Under the pieces are notes generated by a model. It ran no database searches and was not told where the DNA came from. It saw only the letters and a list, made by a program, of their open reading frames with translations. The translations under genes were made by a program, and so were the position numbers. A DNA stretch of 64,000 bases from Octopus vulgaris (taxonomy: Eukaryota), in assembly GCA_951406725.2 (NCBI GenBank), contig OX597831.1:43152001-43216000 (forward strand). Reading direction: 5' to 3'. Below are positions 38,290 through 52,070 of this stretch, piece after piece (positions within the stretch are counted from its first letter, which is position 1; every line of letters starts with the position of its first letter).

Positions 38290-39740
38290 AATTCAACAGG
38301 ATAATTCACAGCTTCATCAATGTTAAGTACAATGTCAATGGAATTGTAGATGTGATGCTCACCTGAATTTTAATGTTCAAATCATCAACTGCCCCATTCT
38401 TTGGAGCTAAAATGGCACGGATTTTCAGCCAGTTGTGATCTGTAAACAGATTCCTTGGGTTAAGTAACACCTTATTTATTAGTTCCTTTAAATCAGATAC
38501 CATATGTCCAAAAAGCAACTTTACCCAGCCATCCTTCTTGCCAACCTAAGTGCCATTACCGATGTCCATCTGTTGCTTTGAAAAGGTTCTGTCTGCATCA
38601 TCACCACTGAGCTGCACTCTCATGTTGGTTGCGAGTCTCAGCTTTTGCACACTGCTCCCTAGGTAGGACTTTATGCTGACATTTACCTCGTCAGCTCTTG
38701 TCCCCTTTGGAACCACAAGAAGGGTTTGTCTAAAGTCTCTTGCATGCAAGACTGTGGCACTTCCCATGAGCCTAATGATGTGTCTCAGATCCTGAAGGGC
38801 CATGTCAAAAGCTTCAAAGGAAACCTTATGGCTCATTGTCGCCTCATCCCCGATGATCAACCTGCATTCACCCAGAAGTTTGCCTTTTATAGAACCACGA
38901 CTGATGCAGCAGTTTGCCTTCTCTTTCTTGGACAGGTCCAAAGGGAGTTTGAAACAGGAATGAGCTGTGCAGCCACCACTTAGCAGAGTTGCAGCTATTC
39001 CACCTGATGCCAATGCGTTTCATTTGGTGCAGTTTAGCCAGAAAAAAAAGTTGATGACAAATGTCTTGCTACTTCCAGCTGGAGCATCCAAAAAGAAAAG
39101 ACTTCCTCTTTCACTTTCAATGCTCGAAATAATGGTCTTATAAACACCCAGTTGGTCCTCCATCAGATTGTGTTCGTTATCAGCTACATACGCCATCATT
39201 TCCTCGGTGTCATAGCTGATTTCTCCCAGGTACTCAATTGCGAGATTACTGCCTGCTCCAGTTGAGGCAGACCAAATGTGGCAATGCCTTAACCTCCCAT
39301 AGCTTGCACGAGTGTGCAGGTCAAGTAATACCTCACTGTAAATGGCATTATTGAATGAGGTTTGCCTTTGAATCCTTCCTAGGATGTCTTCTGCCATGCT
39401 GCTTTTGTAGGACACCCAAAGCTGGAGAGGTTCACCCAAGCCACATGTCATCAACATGATAGAAAATATCTGGCACAGCTGACTTGGTGCTCTGCTGACT
39501 TCTCCAAAGTCTGGTCCTAGTGAGCATCATCTTCCAATAGTCCATGTTTGGCGTAGGCTTCTGTGTAGGTCATGCAGACTCCCCCAGTGTGTCTTCGAAG
39601 GCCTGTGAATAATGTAGGACCTCTGACAGTGTGCAGCAGTAGATGCTGAAAGAAGCACTCCAGCTGATTAGGATTCACAGTGTACACCGCCTGATGGTAC
39701 CGCTTCTGAAGACTGCATCTTCTTCCCAGCCCTCAATGCG
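38290..39740 (-). mobile_element. Decayed autonomous Helitron fragment (end of Rep plus PIF1-like helicase)
   Basis: Frameshifted pieces give FFLDAPAGSSKTF (Walker A-like), GIAATLLSGGCTAHSCFKLPL, LIIGDEATM (Walker B), DFRQTLLVV, TNMRV and RAILAPKN. Upstream are YTVNP...HTVRGPT-like residues. Confidence 0.85.
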
Positions 39741-40327
39741 AGTTCCTTGACCTCAGTGCTCAGCTGGTACTTTTTCATCAACTATGAAGGGATGAAACAC
39801 AAAGTTGACCTTGGCGGCATTTGAACTCGGAACATAAAAAATAGATCATCATCATCATCATGATTTAAAGTCTGTTTTCCTTACTGGTATAGGTTAGACA
39901 GATTGACTGGAGCTGGTAAGCTGGAGAGCTGCAGCAGGCTCCAATTTTCTGCTTTGGTATGGTTTTTACAGCTGGATGCCCTTCCTAATGCCAACCACTT
40001 CACAGAGTGTACTGTCTTTTACTTGTCACCATCATGGGTCCACTTTTATGTGATGATGATGGTTTCAGATTTAGGTACAAGGTTTAGGGATTTGAAGGGA
40101 GGAGCTATAGTTGATAACTTTGATTCCAGTACTCGACTGGTACTTTCATTTTATCGAACACCACCCACCAGCAGAATGAAAGGTAAAGTTGACTTCAGCA
40201 GGATTTGAGCTCAGTATTTAAATAATTGAAACAAACACTGCAAAATTATTTTTTCCAATGCTCTAATGATTTGGCCAGTCCACCACCCTTGCAATGATGA
40301 TGATGATGATGATAATAATAATAATAA

Positions 40328-40885
40328 TGCCCTGATGCAGTACCAGGCAGTGGTTCTCGTGACTTCTGATCTTAACTGATTGGAAGTGTTATCATGTACA
40401 TTGTTTTGTCTTGGTATAAAAGATGGGCTACAGCAAATATTCTGCTCAATACCACAGATTTGCTTGTCAGCTGTTTGACCCTAACCAGTTGAGCATGTCC
40501 CTTAGTGGCTGACGATATGTGCATCTCTGATCACGAGCAGAAGTAGTGGGGGAGCATCATAGCCATGTGTCGAGAGGGATTCTTTGGGGTTTGAATAATT
40601 CACCCCTGGAAACATGGGTGTTTCATTCAACATCCTTAAACAATCCTTATTCAGGGACCTTTTGAGCAGGATGGGTTACTCGACCAGAAGAAAATTCTAA
40701 CTGCAACATGACCTGCAAGGTCATGTGCTGTTTATCTTGATATGAGATCACCATGTTGCGCACATATGGTTGTGATGCATGTGCCTAGTGTACCCTTATC
40801 AGACAGGTAGTCATGATGGGTATACTGAGCTTCGTATATTTTACCCCAGTGTCACTTTGATGGCATGCACTGCTCTCTCACTCAA
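40328..40885 (+). repeat. Second copy of the (AAT)n-embedded interspersed repeat
   Basis: Collinear with 14913-15440. Confidence 0.8.
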
Positions 40886-43409
40886 TAATAATAATAATCC
40901 TTTCTACTATAGGCACAAGGCCTGAAATTTGGGGGAGGGGGTAGTCAATTACATCAACCTCAGTACATGATTGGTACTTATTTCATTGACCCTGAAAGGA
41001 TGAAAGGCGAATCTGACCTCAGCAGAATTTGAACTCAGAACCTGATGATGATGATGGATGAAATACTGCTAAGCATTTTGCCCAGCATGTCAATGATTCT
41101 GCCAGGTTGCTGCCTTGTACAATAATAGGGTCAATTCTACTGAAACTTCAAGAGAATTTTTAAAGAGGTTGGGAATACTTTGCAAAATTAGTGTCATACA
41201 ACAATCAGTTTCGTTAGGAACTGCACACATTTTGAGGAAAGTATTACCTGTCTGAGGTCCTTGTTGTGACTTGACTGCTACCTAAATACTCCCATGCATT
41301 TTTCATCTACACTACATGACAAAGTAATAGTAATAGTCTCCAATTTAAGCAAAAGACGAGCAATTCTGAGAGAAGAGAGTGAGTTAATACCGTCATCTCC
41401 AGTACTTGACAGGTATTTTATTTTTAATAATCATAGAAAAATGGTTTTTGATTTAAGCACAAGGCCAGCAAATTTGGAGGGAAGGGTTAGTTGATATTAA
41501 AAATCACAGTACTTGACTTTGATATTAAAAATTGATATTAATAATCCCAATACTTCATTTTGACATGAAACCCAGAGGGATGAAAGACAAAATTAATCCC
41601 ATAGTTGAAGAAATACTCCAAGGTATTTTGTACAACATCCTAATGATTATGATTGCTTGCATGCAGCCTTTGACCCCACAGGAACTGAACTCAGAATGTA
41701 AAAATTTGGAAGAACTACCCCAAGACATTTCGTGTAATGATTCTGTCAGCTTGCTGCCACAACAACAGATGAAGACAAAAGTAAAACCTGGAACATTTTA
41801 CATGCACAAACATTATTCATATTCAGTACATCCATTTCTAAAGATATAGGGCACACTTGTTTTGTGTTTTAGCTCCCATCACATGTCCTGTAATGCACAA
41901 GTAAGAATCTGTCAAGATGTAACACTGAACCAGATCCTATGCTATAATGCTGGCTGTGTCACCACACAAAGACAACTGATGAGCACAATGGTTTCAGTCC
42001 CTTAAAACCATTATCATCATCATGTCATCATCATCACGTTTGATGCCTGCTTTCCATGCAGGCATGGGTTGGTCGATTTGACATGGAGCTGGCTAGCAGG
42101 GAGCTGTCCAGAGTCCGATTGTCTCTTGTGGCATGGTTTCTATGGCTGGATGCCCTTCCTAATGGCAACCACTTTGACACGCCTGTATCTGTAGAAGACA
42201 GTGAAAATAGCTAATAAAATCAAAACCAGCCAGACAACTGGGTGTTGCTGTTGATTTGGAACAGCTGACTGGACACTGAAATTGGTTTTGGAACAGTACT
42301 ACTAGGCACTGAAGGCAAACACACATATGCACACGGCACGTAAAAAGTACCATTCAAGCGTGATCGCTACCAGCATAACCTTACTGGCACTTGTGCCGGT
42401 GCCACATGAAAAAACATTCGAGCAAGGTGGTTGCCAGTGCCACTGGACTGGCTCTTATACAGGTGGCATGTAAAAAACATCATTTGAGCGTGGCTGCTGC
42501 CAGTACTGCCTGTCTGGCCCTCATGCCAATGGCACGTAAAAGCACCCACTACACTCTCAGAGTGGTTGGCGTTAGGAAGAGCATCCAGCTGTAGAAACTC
42601 TGCCAGATCAGATTGGAGCCTGGTGCAGCCATCTGGTTCTCCAGTCCTCAGTCAAATTGTCCAACCCATGCTAGCATGGAAAGAGGACATTAAACGATGA
42701 TGATGATGATGACGATGATGTAGAAATATACACTTAGAGACAGAGGGAGGGAGAGATAGAGAGATAGCATAATTAAATTATTGAACACACCTGACATAAA
42801 TATTTTCCCCCTCTTCATATACAAAGGGAAATACACTTGCACATGTAAACAGAGAGAATAAGAGAAATATCAAAATAAGAGAAACAATAAATGTCTGATG
42901 TCAGGTAGGTCAGCATCGAATCAGTGATGCCAAATAAGCAGCACCAAAACAGATATGCCAAAATGTCTTAAACCCTAATAAAATAGGTACTAACCCAAAT
43001 AATTGCTTCAAACACAAGTACGAACCCTGAACTTTTGGGAGAAATAGTTAGCCAATTAAATCATTAAGTTGACCCAGTAATTTGACTGGAATTTAATTTA
43101 TCAACCCTGAAAGAATGAAATGCAAAGCTGATCCTGTAATGAACTGGAATAATTACTGCAAGGCATTTTTTCTGATGCTGTAACAATACTACCAATCCAC
43201 TGTCCTGGTGTTAAACTAAGTAATTCTTTCTAATTTTGACATAAAGCCAACAATTTCTTGGGGAAGGGGCACATTGACTCCAGTAGTTGACTGGCAATTG
43301 TTTTATTGACATCTGAAAGGTAAAGTCAACCTCGGTTGCATTTGAACACAGAATGTAAAGCTGAAAGAAGTACTAAACTAAATAGTACAAAGAAAACAAG
43401 AGTACTTAC

Positions 43410-43613
43410 CACAGATAAACAACCTTACGACTTTCCACATTATATGACTCCGGATCAGGGGCTGGATCAACATGATAAAGAGCTGATTTTTTTCAGGTTT
43501 ACTAAATGTAAGGTTGGCAATGTACCTGCGATTAAGTTCACCATTATCAAGAAAGGCTTCAGGTCCAAAATATTTCTTGATTTTTTTCCATCCAGCTCCT
43601 CCAGGTTTTAGAA
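43410..43613 (-). CDS. DCAKD: DCAKD internal exon (204 nt, CoA-binding region)
   Basis: tatttag|TT CTA AAA CCT...ATC TGT G|gtaagt (phase 1-1). Reads (V)LKPGGAGWKKIKKYFGPEAFLDNGELNRRYIANLTFSKPEK...QPLI, matching the CoaE pattern VxPG...FG...GxLNR..L...F. Confidence 0.88.
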
Positions 43614-43959
43614 CTAAATATTGAAACAGAAAAAAATAGATTTTCAAATGACAAAAAGAAAAATATTAAAAAGAAATCGGTGAAATTTGATTATTTAATA
43701 ATTACATAAGTAAATAAATTGCTTGAAATAGCTCAGTCTTTAAGATAGCTCAGTCTTTAGCATTGACACCAGGATATAAAACAGCTCCTGTCTAACCTTT
43801 CAACCCATGCCAGCATGGAAAACAGACATTAAATAATGATGATGATAAATGACCAAGCTTATAGAGGTAACACGATTTGCAGAAAATACCAATTTTATTA
43901 TTTTCGGCAGATGTTTAACATCATTATCAGAATAACAATAAAATTTAATTTCACAATTG

Positions 43960-46197
43960 AACATCAATGGAATTTGTATCTTTGTGGTTCCAGTACCGGT
44001 GGCACACAAGAAAACCATCCGAACGTGGCCGTAGCCAGTACCGCATCGACTGGCCTCCGTGCTGTGGGCACAACAAACACCATCTGATCGTGGCCGTTCG
44101 CCAGCCTCATCTGGCACCTGTGTCGGTGGCACATAAAAACACCATCCGAAGACCCGGCGACGTAGTCAGTCCACCTGTGCTGCATACCTTCCTTCTTGTG
44201 ACACTTATGAAGACCTGTTGAGGCAAGTGAAAATCAAAAATCAAATCAAACCAAATCAAAATAGATGAACATCAATGGAATTTGTATCTTTGTGGTTCCA
44301 GTACCGGTGGCACACAAGAAAACCATCCGAACGTGGCCGTAGCCAGTACCGCATCGACTGGCCTCCGTGCTGTGGGCACAACAAACACCATCTGATCGTG
44401 GCCGTTCGCCAGCCTCATCTGGCACCTGTGTCGGTGGCACATAAAAACACCATCCGAAGACCCGGCGACGTAGTCAGTCCACCTGTGCATACCTTCCCTC
44501 TTATGACACTTGTGAAAACCTGTTGAGGCAAGTGTGTGACACTTGTGAAGACCTGTTGAGGCAGAGGCAAGTGTGTGACACTTTGTGAAGACCTGTTGAG
44601 GCAGAGGCAAGTGTGTGACACTTGTGGAGACGTGTTGAGGCAAGTGTGTGACACGTGTGACACTTGTGAAGACCTGTTGAGGCAAGTGAAAATCAAACCA
44701 AACTTGTGAAGACCTGTTGAGGCAAGTGAAAATCAAACCAAATCAAAATAGATGAACATCAATGGAATTTGTATCTTTGTGGTTCCAGTACCGGTGGCAC
44801 ACAAGAAAACCATCCGATCGTGGCCGTTCGCCAGCCTCATCTGGCACCTGTGTCGGTGGCACATAAAAACACCATCCGAAGACCCGGCGACGTAGTCAGT
44901 CCACCTGTGCATACCTTCCTACTTATGACACTTGTGAAGACCTGTTGAGGCAAGTGAAAATCAAAATCAAATCAAATCAAATCAAACCAAATCAAAATAG
45001 ATGAACATCAATGGAATTTGTATCTTTGTGGTACCAGTACCGGTGGCACACAAGAAAACCATCCGAACGTGGCCGTAGCCAGTACCGCATCGACTGGCCT
45101 CTGTGATGTAGGCACATAACAAACACCATCTGATCGTGGCCGTCCGCCAGCCTCATCTAGCACCTGTGTCGGTGGCACATAAAAACACCAACCGAAGACC
45201 CGGCAAGACTAGTCAGGCCATAACCCATGGCCCCTACTTGGGACGTAGTCAGTCCACCTGTGCATACCTTCCTTCCTTCTTGTGACACTTGTGAAGACCT
45301 GTGAAGACCTGTTGAGGCAAGTGCTGTTGAGGCAAGTGAAAATCAAAATCAAATCAAATCAAATCAAAATAGATGAACATCAATGGAATTTGTATCTTGT
45401 GGTACCAGTGCCGGTGGCACACAAGAAAACCATCCGAACGTGGCCGTAGCCAGTACCGCATCGACTGGCCTCCGTGCTGTGGGCACGCAACAAACACCAT
45501 CCGATCGTGGCCGTTCGCCAGCCTCATCTGGCACCTGTGTCGGTGGCACATAAAAACACCATCCGAAGACCCGGCAAGACTAGTCAGGCCATAACCCGTG
45601 GCCCCTACCTGGGACGTAGTCAGTCCACCTGTGCATACCTTCCTTCTTGTGACACTTGTGAAGACCTGTTGAGGCAAGTGAAAATCAAATCAAATCAAAT
45701 CAAAACAAATCAAAATAGATGAACATCAATGGAATTTGTATCTTTGTGGTACCAGTGCCGGTGGCACACAAGAAAATCATCCGAACGTGGCCGTAGCCAG
45801 TACCGCATAGACTGGCCTCCGTGCTTTGGGGACGTAACAAACACCATCCGATCGTGGCCGTCCGCCAGCCTCATCTGGCACCTGTGTCGGTGGCACATAA
45901 AAACACCATCCGAGCGTGGCCGTCTGCCAGCCTCGTCTGGCACCTGTGTCGGTGGCACATAAAAACACCATCCGAGCGTGGCCGTTCGCCAGCCTCGTCT
46001 GGCACCTGTGTCGGTGGCACATAAAATCACCCACTACACTCTCGGAGTGGTTGGCGTTAGGAAGGGCATCCAGCTGTAGAAACACTGCCAGATCTGACTG
46101 GCCTGGTGCAGCCTTCGGGCTCCCCAGACCCCAGTTGAAAAGTCCAACCCATGCTAGCATGGAAAACGGACGCTAAATGATGATGATGATGATGATG
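43960..46197 (+). repeat. Head-to-tail array of about 6 RTE 3'-end segments ending in one (ATG)n tail
   Basis: catcaatggaatttgtatctt recurs near 43962, 44270, 44757, 45007, 45378 and 45725. Units contain gaagacccggc (end of RTE ORF), (AAATC)n and the ~60-nt structured units. Confidence 0.85.
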
Positions 46198-47039
46198 AAA
46201 GGATTAAGAAAAAAGGGTTGGACAGTTCAATATTCTGGAGTATCAACAATTCAGTGCATGTAGTAAATGTAATTTATTATTACATTATATTGGTGTTTGT
46301 TATGTATCTAAAACACATGGACATGCAACCTACCAACACAGCAGTCATAGAATAGATTAACTATAAATAAGTAAAAAGCATACATATACATGAAATAAAC
46401 ACCAGCAAAAAAAATCAAAACATCTATACACACACCCATACAAAACCAGGGATGTGCTGCCTGGGTGGGCATGGTAGGCAGTGCCTACCCTGAATAAAAT
46501 AGATTGATAGCAACATTTTTTCCTTTTCTGGCAAAATATGCACCTAATTCAATAAAATTATGAAGGTTACGCTGATTACTATGCATAAAATGTAAAACAT
46601 TTAATTTTTTTGTAGATTAGGTAGGCATAATTCGCTCCTGCCTTTCAATCTCAGTATTAAAGCTACGCATAGTACCCAAGGTCAATAAGATGCCCTGTGC
46701 TGAATTGTCTATGCACTGAATTGTCGTGCCATGCAATATTCTATTGTCTTGTAGGCAAGACAGAGTGTTGTGTAAAGATACACAATTTATGAGAGACGAA
46801 CAAAACACCTGCCGCCCGTCCAATGTACAGTGCTGAATAAAAAGCAATCAGTGTTTTCTTTTCATTAAAAAATAATTAAGCATGCCTTTATTTCAATAAA
46901 ATTTTTGATTTTGTTAAATGAAGTTAAGGCAAAAAGAAACTTCTTGAGAAACCAAATAGCCTTTCCTTTCTTCATGCCAAGTTTGAAGAAAATATCTCTT
47001 TTGCATCTTACTTTTTTCGTCTCTTAAATATACTGCACA

Positions 47040-47335
47040 TTCTGTGGCATTATTTCAAGCCAGCGGCTTTTTTTGTGCAAACTGCATGTGCATTTTTCTC
47101 GCGTACACATAGTATTGATCGCAACAGCTGATGTACTTGTTTGTGCAAATGCACGTTCCCACGGCTTTATCAATCACATTCTCACCTGGAATTGATTTTT
47201 GTAATTTTTTCAAGACTTATACACGCCCTGATACCATTGGTATCTACATATCAAATTTGAGCACAATCGGATGGGGGATGCCTGAGATCCTGGAAGACAC
47301 ACACAGACACATAACGGATTTTATATAATAGATAT
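47040..47335 (-). mobile_element. 5' fragment of a Helitron-like non-autonomous element
   Basis: The minus strand begins tcttattatataaaatccgttatgtgtctgtgtgtgtc...ccgattgtgctcaaatttg, like the other Helitron 5' ends in the window. Confidence 0.4.
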
Positions 47336-47679
47336 TCAAGAGATGTATAAAGGAAATTTAAAAGCAATTAGTGTAAACATTATTCTATGGTATATATTTT
47401 GGTCAATCCTGAATGAGCAAACCATCAAATAAAATGATGATGTTGCTGTGTAGCCCCAAGCCAGCTCTGATCAGACAGATTCATTGCATGCAGTTTGTCA
47501 GTCAAATAACTAAATGTGATCCGCAACAAATGTATTATTCATGATTCAAAGACAGTGTTGTCATTGTCTAACCTCAGATCATCCCTAAGAGAGTTAGCAG
47601 GCTCAATGATCAAAGGCATTCCAGTTGTGGCTGTCTCATCTTTATTTTAGATACAGTTTAACTAGGACTATGTCACTGA

Positions 47680-48950
47680 GGAAAAGTGAAAAGTGTGAAT
47701 AGAAAGAATGATGGTGATGCACTTGCTTTCACAGATCACAAGAAGAAAGAAGTATGGAAATTTTACTATGATGCTAGGAAAGGTTGCTGAATGTGGAGAA
47801 TGCACATGGAAGTGAGCAAATTTATCCCATGTAGACACAGACAAACAGACCAGCTACTGAAGTAACAGCTGTATTTTTGAAAGCGTGATTAAGGCTATGA
47901 AAGTAAGTAAAGTAGTTGGCTAACCAGAGATCACTACTAAGATATAGAAAATATCCAGTGAAGTACATCACAAGCTAGTCGCTCACATAATCAATCAGAG
48001 AGGAGAAACCTTATTATTAACAACTGTAGAAGCATCAAATTATTGGACCAGGTTATGAAAATACAAATAGCTATAGCACAACAAATTAGGAAGAAAAGTA
48101 GCTTAGGTGAGATGCAGTTTGGATTAACTGTTCAGAGCACTACCAGTACTCTCTTCCTAGAGAGACAATTGAAGAAGTTTGTGGTTAAGAGTAAACACAC
48201 TATATTTAGAATATATTGATATGGAGAAGGCTTTTGATTGGGTACCAGACTTTGCGGTTTGGTAGTCACTAAGAAAAGGTGTACATGAATGGCTTGTGAG
48301 AGCCAGTCAAGTCATCCATAAAGATGCTGTCAGCAAAATGAGAGTTAGCAATGAGTTCAAAATGAATGCAGATAGGAGTCAATCAAGGCCAAGTTCTCAG
48401 CCCTCTCTTGTTTATTTCCAAGCCATAAGAGAGGAGTTTATGCTTGGTCATCTATAAGAACATCTATATGCTGATGACCTGGTTCTTGGAGCTGAATTTG
48501 TCAAAGAATTGAAAACGAAATTCCAAATGAAGAAGCAAAACCTAGAACTAAAAAGTCTCAAAGTAAACAAAGCAATGACAAAAGTTTTAAGCAGGAAAGA
48601 AGACAAGACTCTACTTATATCAGAGATAAAGCTATACTGAATAAGCGATAAAAAGTATTACTCCCTATCAAATGTATATTGTGGGTGTACAAGAGATGCA
48701 GCAGAATCATAGGCAGGTTGACTGAGAAGAAAAACTGTGCATAGGAGTAATTAACAGCAGGGATACCCATGAAATAAAGGCTTAAATGATTGGAAGGTTT
48801 TCTATAAATAGTTGATAGCTATGAGACCTAATTTAATGTGGAGATGGATATTCCCAAAGCAGTGGTAAAATTTCAGGGGGTTATTATCTCAACTGGAAAC
48901 GATGAGATTCTCTCTCTGAGAGAATACTCTGACATTGTGGTATAGTCTAA
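47680..48950 (+). pseudogene. Heavily decayed RTE reverse transcriptase relic
   Basis: Recognisable DNA homology to 25250-26600, e.g. gagatgcagtttgg, gatatggagaaggcttttga, gttctcagccctctcttgtttat and tatgctgatgacct (YADD at ~48467), with many stops and indels. Confidence 0.8.
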
Positions 48951-49405
48951 TTTAATAAAAAAAAGTAATCTTGTGTGTTGAGCTGATAGTGCCATGGAAA
49001 GGCAACATGGAGTAGGCACATAAAAAGAAGGGCCTAAAATATGAAGGACTTCAGTAGCTGTATGGGGCACAAGGATTATAGCTCATGGTGCTACCAGTAA
49101 AAATGAGATGACAGTTTGTAACTAGACCCACAATAAACAACATGGTTTGCATTAGACTTACAAAGGTGAGTGGAGGAGTGATTTGCAAACTCCAGAGGGA
49201 AGCAGAGAATGCATCATCATGGATATAATGTGAAAGAAGAACCAAGGCTGACAGCAAAGAACACATCCTCAGTAAGTAGTAAAGCATCGTTACTTGGTTA
49301 AGTGGTTACAGCTACCCCAAGTTTCGTGTGGTGACTGCATGGATAATATGAGGAAACAAAGCATCAATACTGTCTGAATAAAACTGTCGAAAGATGCTAA
49401 AATTT

Positions 49406-49823
49406 GGATCTTTTCGGTTTGAACGGCAGTTTTTTCTAGCGGTGTCATATGAAATTGTCACCCATAATTATGACCCTAGTATCGATCTATTGCTTTTCAT
49501 TCTGTTTTAGGGTTAGGGTTAAGGATGGGGGAAAGGGTATCTTTTTTTTCTTCAGAAATGTAAATAAACCCAATCTGTTTCTTAAACAAGGGACATATTC
49601 ATACGGCACAGAATGTTTTCACCTCAATAGACGTCATTGATTGGTTGAAATTGCAGAAATTGTAGAAAAAAAACAACAAATATCTTACAAACTATAGAAT
49701 TTTCTCAATAAAACCAAGACAAAATGATGTTTTATAAACACATTCTACCAGTATACGAAGTTTAAAAGTGTTTAGTTACGTGGAAATTATTTAAAAAAAC
49801 TGCTGTTCAAACCAAAAAGATCC
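49406..49823. mobile_element. MITE with ~30-bp terminal inverted repeats
   Basis: ggatcttttcggtttgaacggcagtttttt ... aaaaaactgctgttcaaaccaaaaagatcc. A related fragment lies at ~62408-62600. Confidence 0.85.
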
Positions 49824-50097
49824 GTCGAAAGATGCCAAAATTTTTGTACAATTTGCACTGCAGGACAATGTTTACCAGCCAACAGACCATGAGGGTCCAC
49901 TAGTGCAAGCTCTATGCAAAACATATCTGAAGAACAATAATGGCTAATGTCATCTGAAAGAAAATGTCTATAAAGATGGGATGATCACAGCTAAAGTGCA
50001 TTTGATCACAGGTTTATATTATGAGGCTGACCTTGAAACTACCTACAAAGAAGGCGTCTATGCAGTCATTCGAGTAGCTAGCAATAGCACCCAAGTC

Positions 50098-50505
50098 GGA
50101 TCTTTTCGGTTTGAATGGCAGTTTTTTCTAGCGGTGTCATATGAAATTGTCACCCATAATTATGACCCTAGTATCGATCTATTGCATTTGAATCTGTTTT
50201 AGGGTTAGGGGGGAAGGGTATCTTTCTTTCTTCACAAATGTAAATAAACCCAATCTGTTTCTTAAACAAGGGACATATTCATACGGTACAGAATGTTTTT
50301 TACCTCAATAGATGTCAGTGGTTGGTTGAAATTGTAGAAATTGAAGAAAAAAAGCAACAAATATCTTACAAACTATAGAATTTTCTCAATAAAGCCAAGA
50401 GAAAAAGATGTTTTATAAACACGTTCTACCAGTATACGAAGTTTAAAAGTGTTTAGTTACGTGGAAATTATTTAAAAAAAACTGCCGTTCAAACCGAAAA
50501 GATCC
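50098..50505. mobile_element. Second copy of the same MITE
   Basis: ggatcttttcggtttgaatggcag ... ctgccgttcaaaccgaaaagatcc, flanked by gtc on both sides. Confidence 0.85.
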
Positions 50506-50834
50506 GTCGAAAGATGCCAAAATTTTCATACAACTTGCACTGCAGGATGATGTTTACCGGCCAACAGACTTTGAGGGTCCACTAGTGCAAGCTCTATGCA
50601 AAACATATCAGAAAAACAGTAATGGCTCATGTCGTCTAAAAGAAAATGTCTATAAAGATGGGATGATCACAGCTAAAGTGCATTTGATCACAGGTTTATA
50701 TTATGAGGCTGACCTTGAAACAAACCTACAAAAAAGGCGTTTATGCAGTCATTCTAGTAGCTAGCAATAGCACCCAAGTCTCCCTTAGATCACACTCTAC
50801 CATCATAAAAAATATAGGCAATCTTTCGTTTGTA

Positions 50835-52070
50835 GTGGCTGTCTGGTTGGTTAGCTGTCTGGCTGGCAGGCTGGTTGGTTGGTTGGCTCGTTGGTTGGTT
50901 GGTTGCTTGGTTGCTTGGTTGGTCGGTTGGTCAGTTGGTTGGTCGATTGGCTTGCTGGCTGTCTGGCTGGTTGGCTGTCTGGCTGGCTGGTTGGTTGGTT
51001 GGTTGGCTGGTTGGTTGGTTGGTTGGTTGGTTGGTTGGTCAGTTGGTTGGTCGATTGGCTTGCTGGCTGTCTAGCCGGTTGACTGTCTGGCTGGTTGGTC
51101 GGTTGGCTGGTTGGTTGGTTGGTTGGTTGGCTGGTTGGTTGGCTGGTTGGTCAGTTGGTTGGTCGATTGGCTTGCTGGCTGTCTGGCTGGTTGGCTGTCT
51201 GGCTGGCTGGTTAGTTGGTTGGTTGGTTGGTTGGTTGGTTGGTTGGTGGGTTGGTTGGCTAACTGGCTGGCTGGATGGTTTGTTGGCTGGATGGTTGGTT
51301 GGCTGGTTGGCTGGTTGGTTGGTTGGCTGGCTGGCTGTTTGGTTGGTTGGTTGGCTGGCTGGTTGGCTGGCTGGCTGGCTGGCTGGTTGGTTGGTTGGTT
51401 GGTTTGTTGGTTGGTTGGTTGGCTGGTTGGCTGGTTGGTTGGTTGGTTGGTTGGTTGGTTGGTCAGTTGGTTGGTCGCTTGGCTTGCTGGCTGTCTGGCT
51501 GGTTAGCTGTCTTGCTTGCTGGTTGGTTGGTTGGCTGGTTGGTCGGTTGGTTGGTTGGTTGGCTGGTTGGTTGGTTGGTTGGTTGGTTGGTTGGTTGGTT
51601 GGTTGGTTGGTTGGTTGCTCAGTTGGTTGTTCGATTGGCTTGCTGACTTGCTGGCTGTCTGGCTGGTTAGCTGGCTGGCTGGCTGGCTGGTTGGTTGGTT
51701 GGTTCGTTGGCTGGTTGGTTGGTTGGTTGGTTGGTTGGTTGGTTGGTTGGTTGGTCAGTTGGTTGGTCGATTGGCTTACTGGCTGTCTGGCCGGTTGGCT
51801 GTCTGGCTGGCTGGCTGGTTGGTTGGTTGGTTGGTTGGTTGGTTGGTTGGCTGTCTGGCTGTCTGGCCGGTTGGCTGTCTGGCTGGCTGGTTGGTTGGTT
51901 GGCTGGTTGGTTGGTTGGTTGGTTGGCTAACTGGCTGGCTGGCTGGTTTGTTGGCTGGATGGTTGGCTGGTTGGTTGATTGGCTGGCTGGGCTGGCTGGC
52001 TGGTTGGCTGGTTGGTTGGTTGGCTGGCTGGCTGGTTGACAGGTTAGCTGGTTGACTGGTAGCTAGTTGG
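50835..52070. repeat. 1.2-kb (GGTT)/(GGCT)n tetranucleotide satellite
   Basis: Seen directly; it generates the spurious WLVG/WLAG ORFs. Confidence 0.95.

Noticed and set aside
49051-49150. MLFIVGLVT as the missing DCAKD N-terminus
   Set aside because: No GGxxxGKS follows, the frame stops within about 30 codons, and no suitable phase-1 donor was seen.
50703-52055. WLVG/WLAG-repeat ORFs resembling membrane proteins
   Set aside because: They are translations of a (GGTT/GGCT)n satellite and are open in all + frames.
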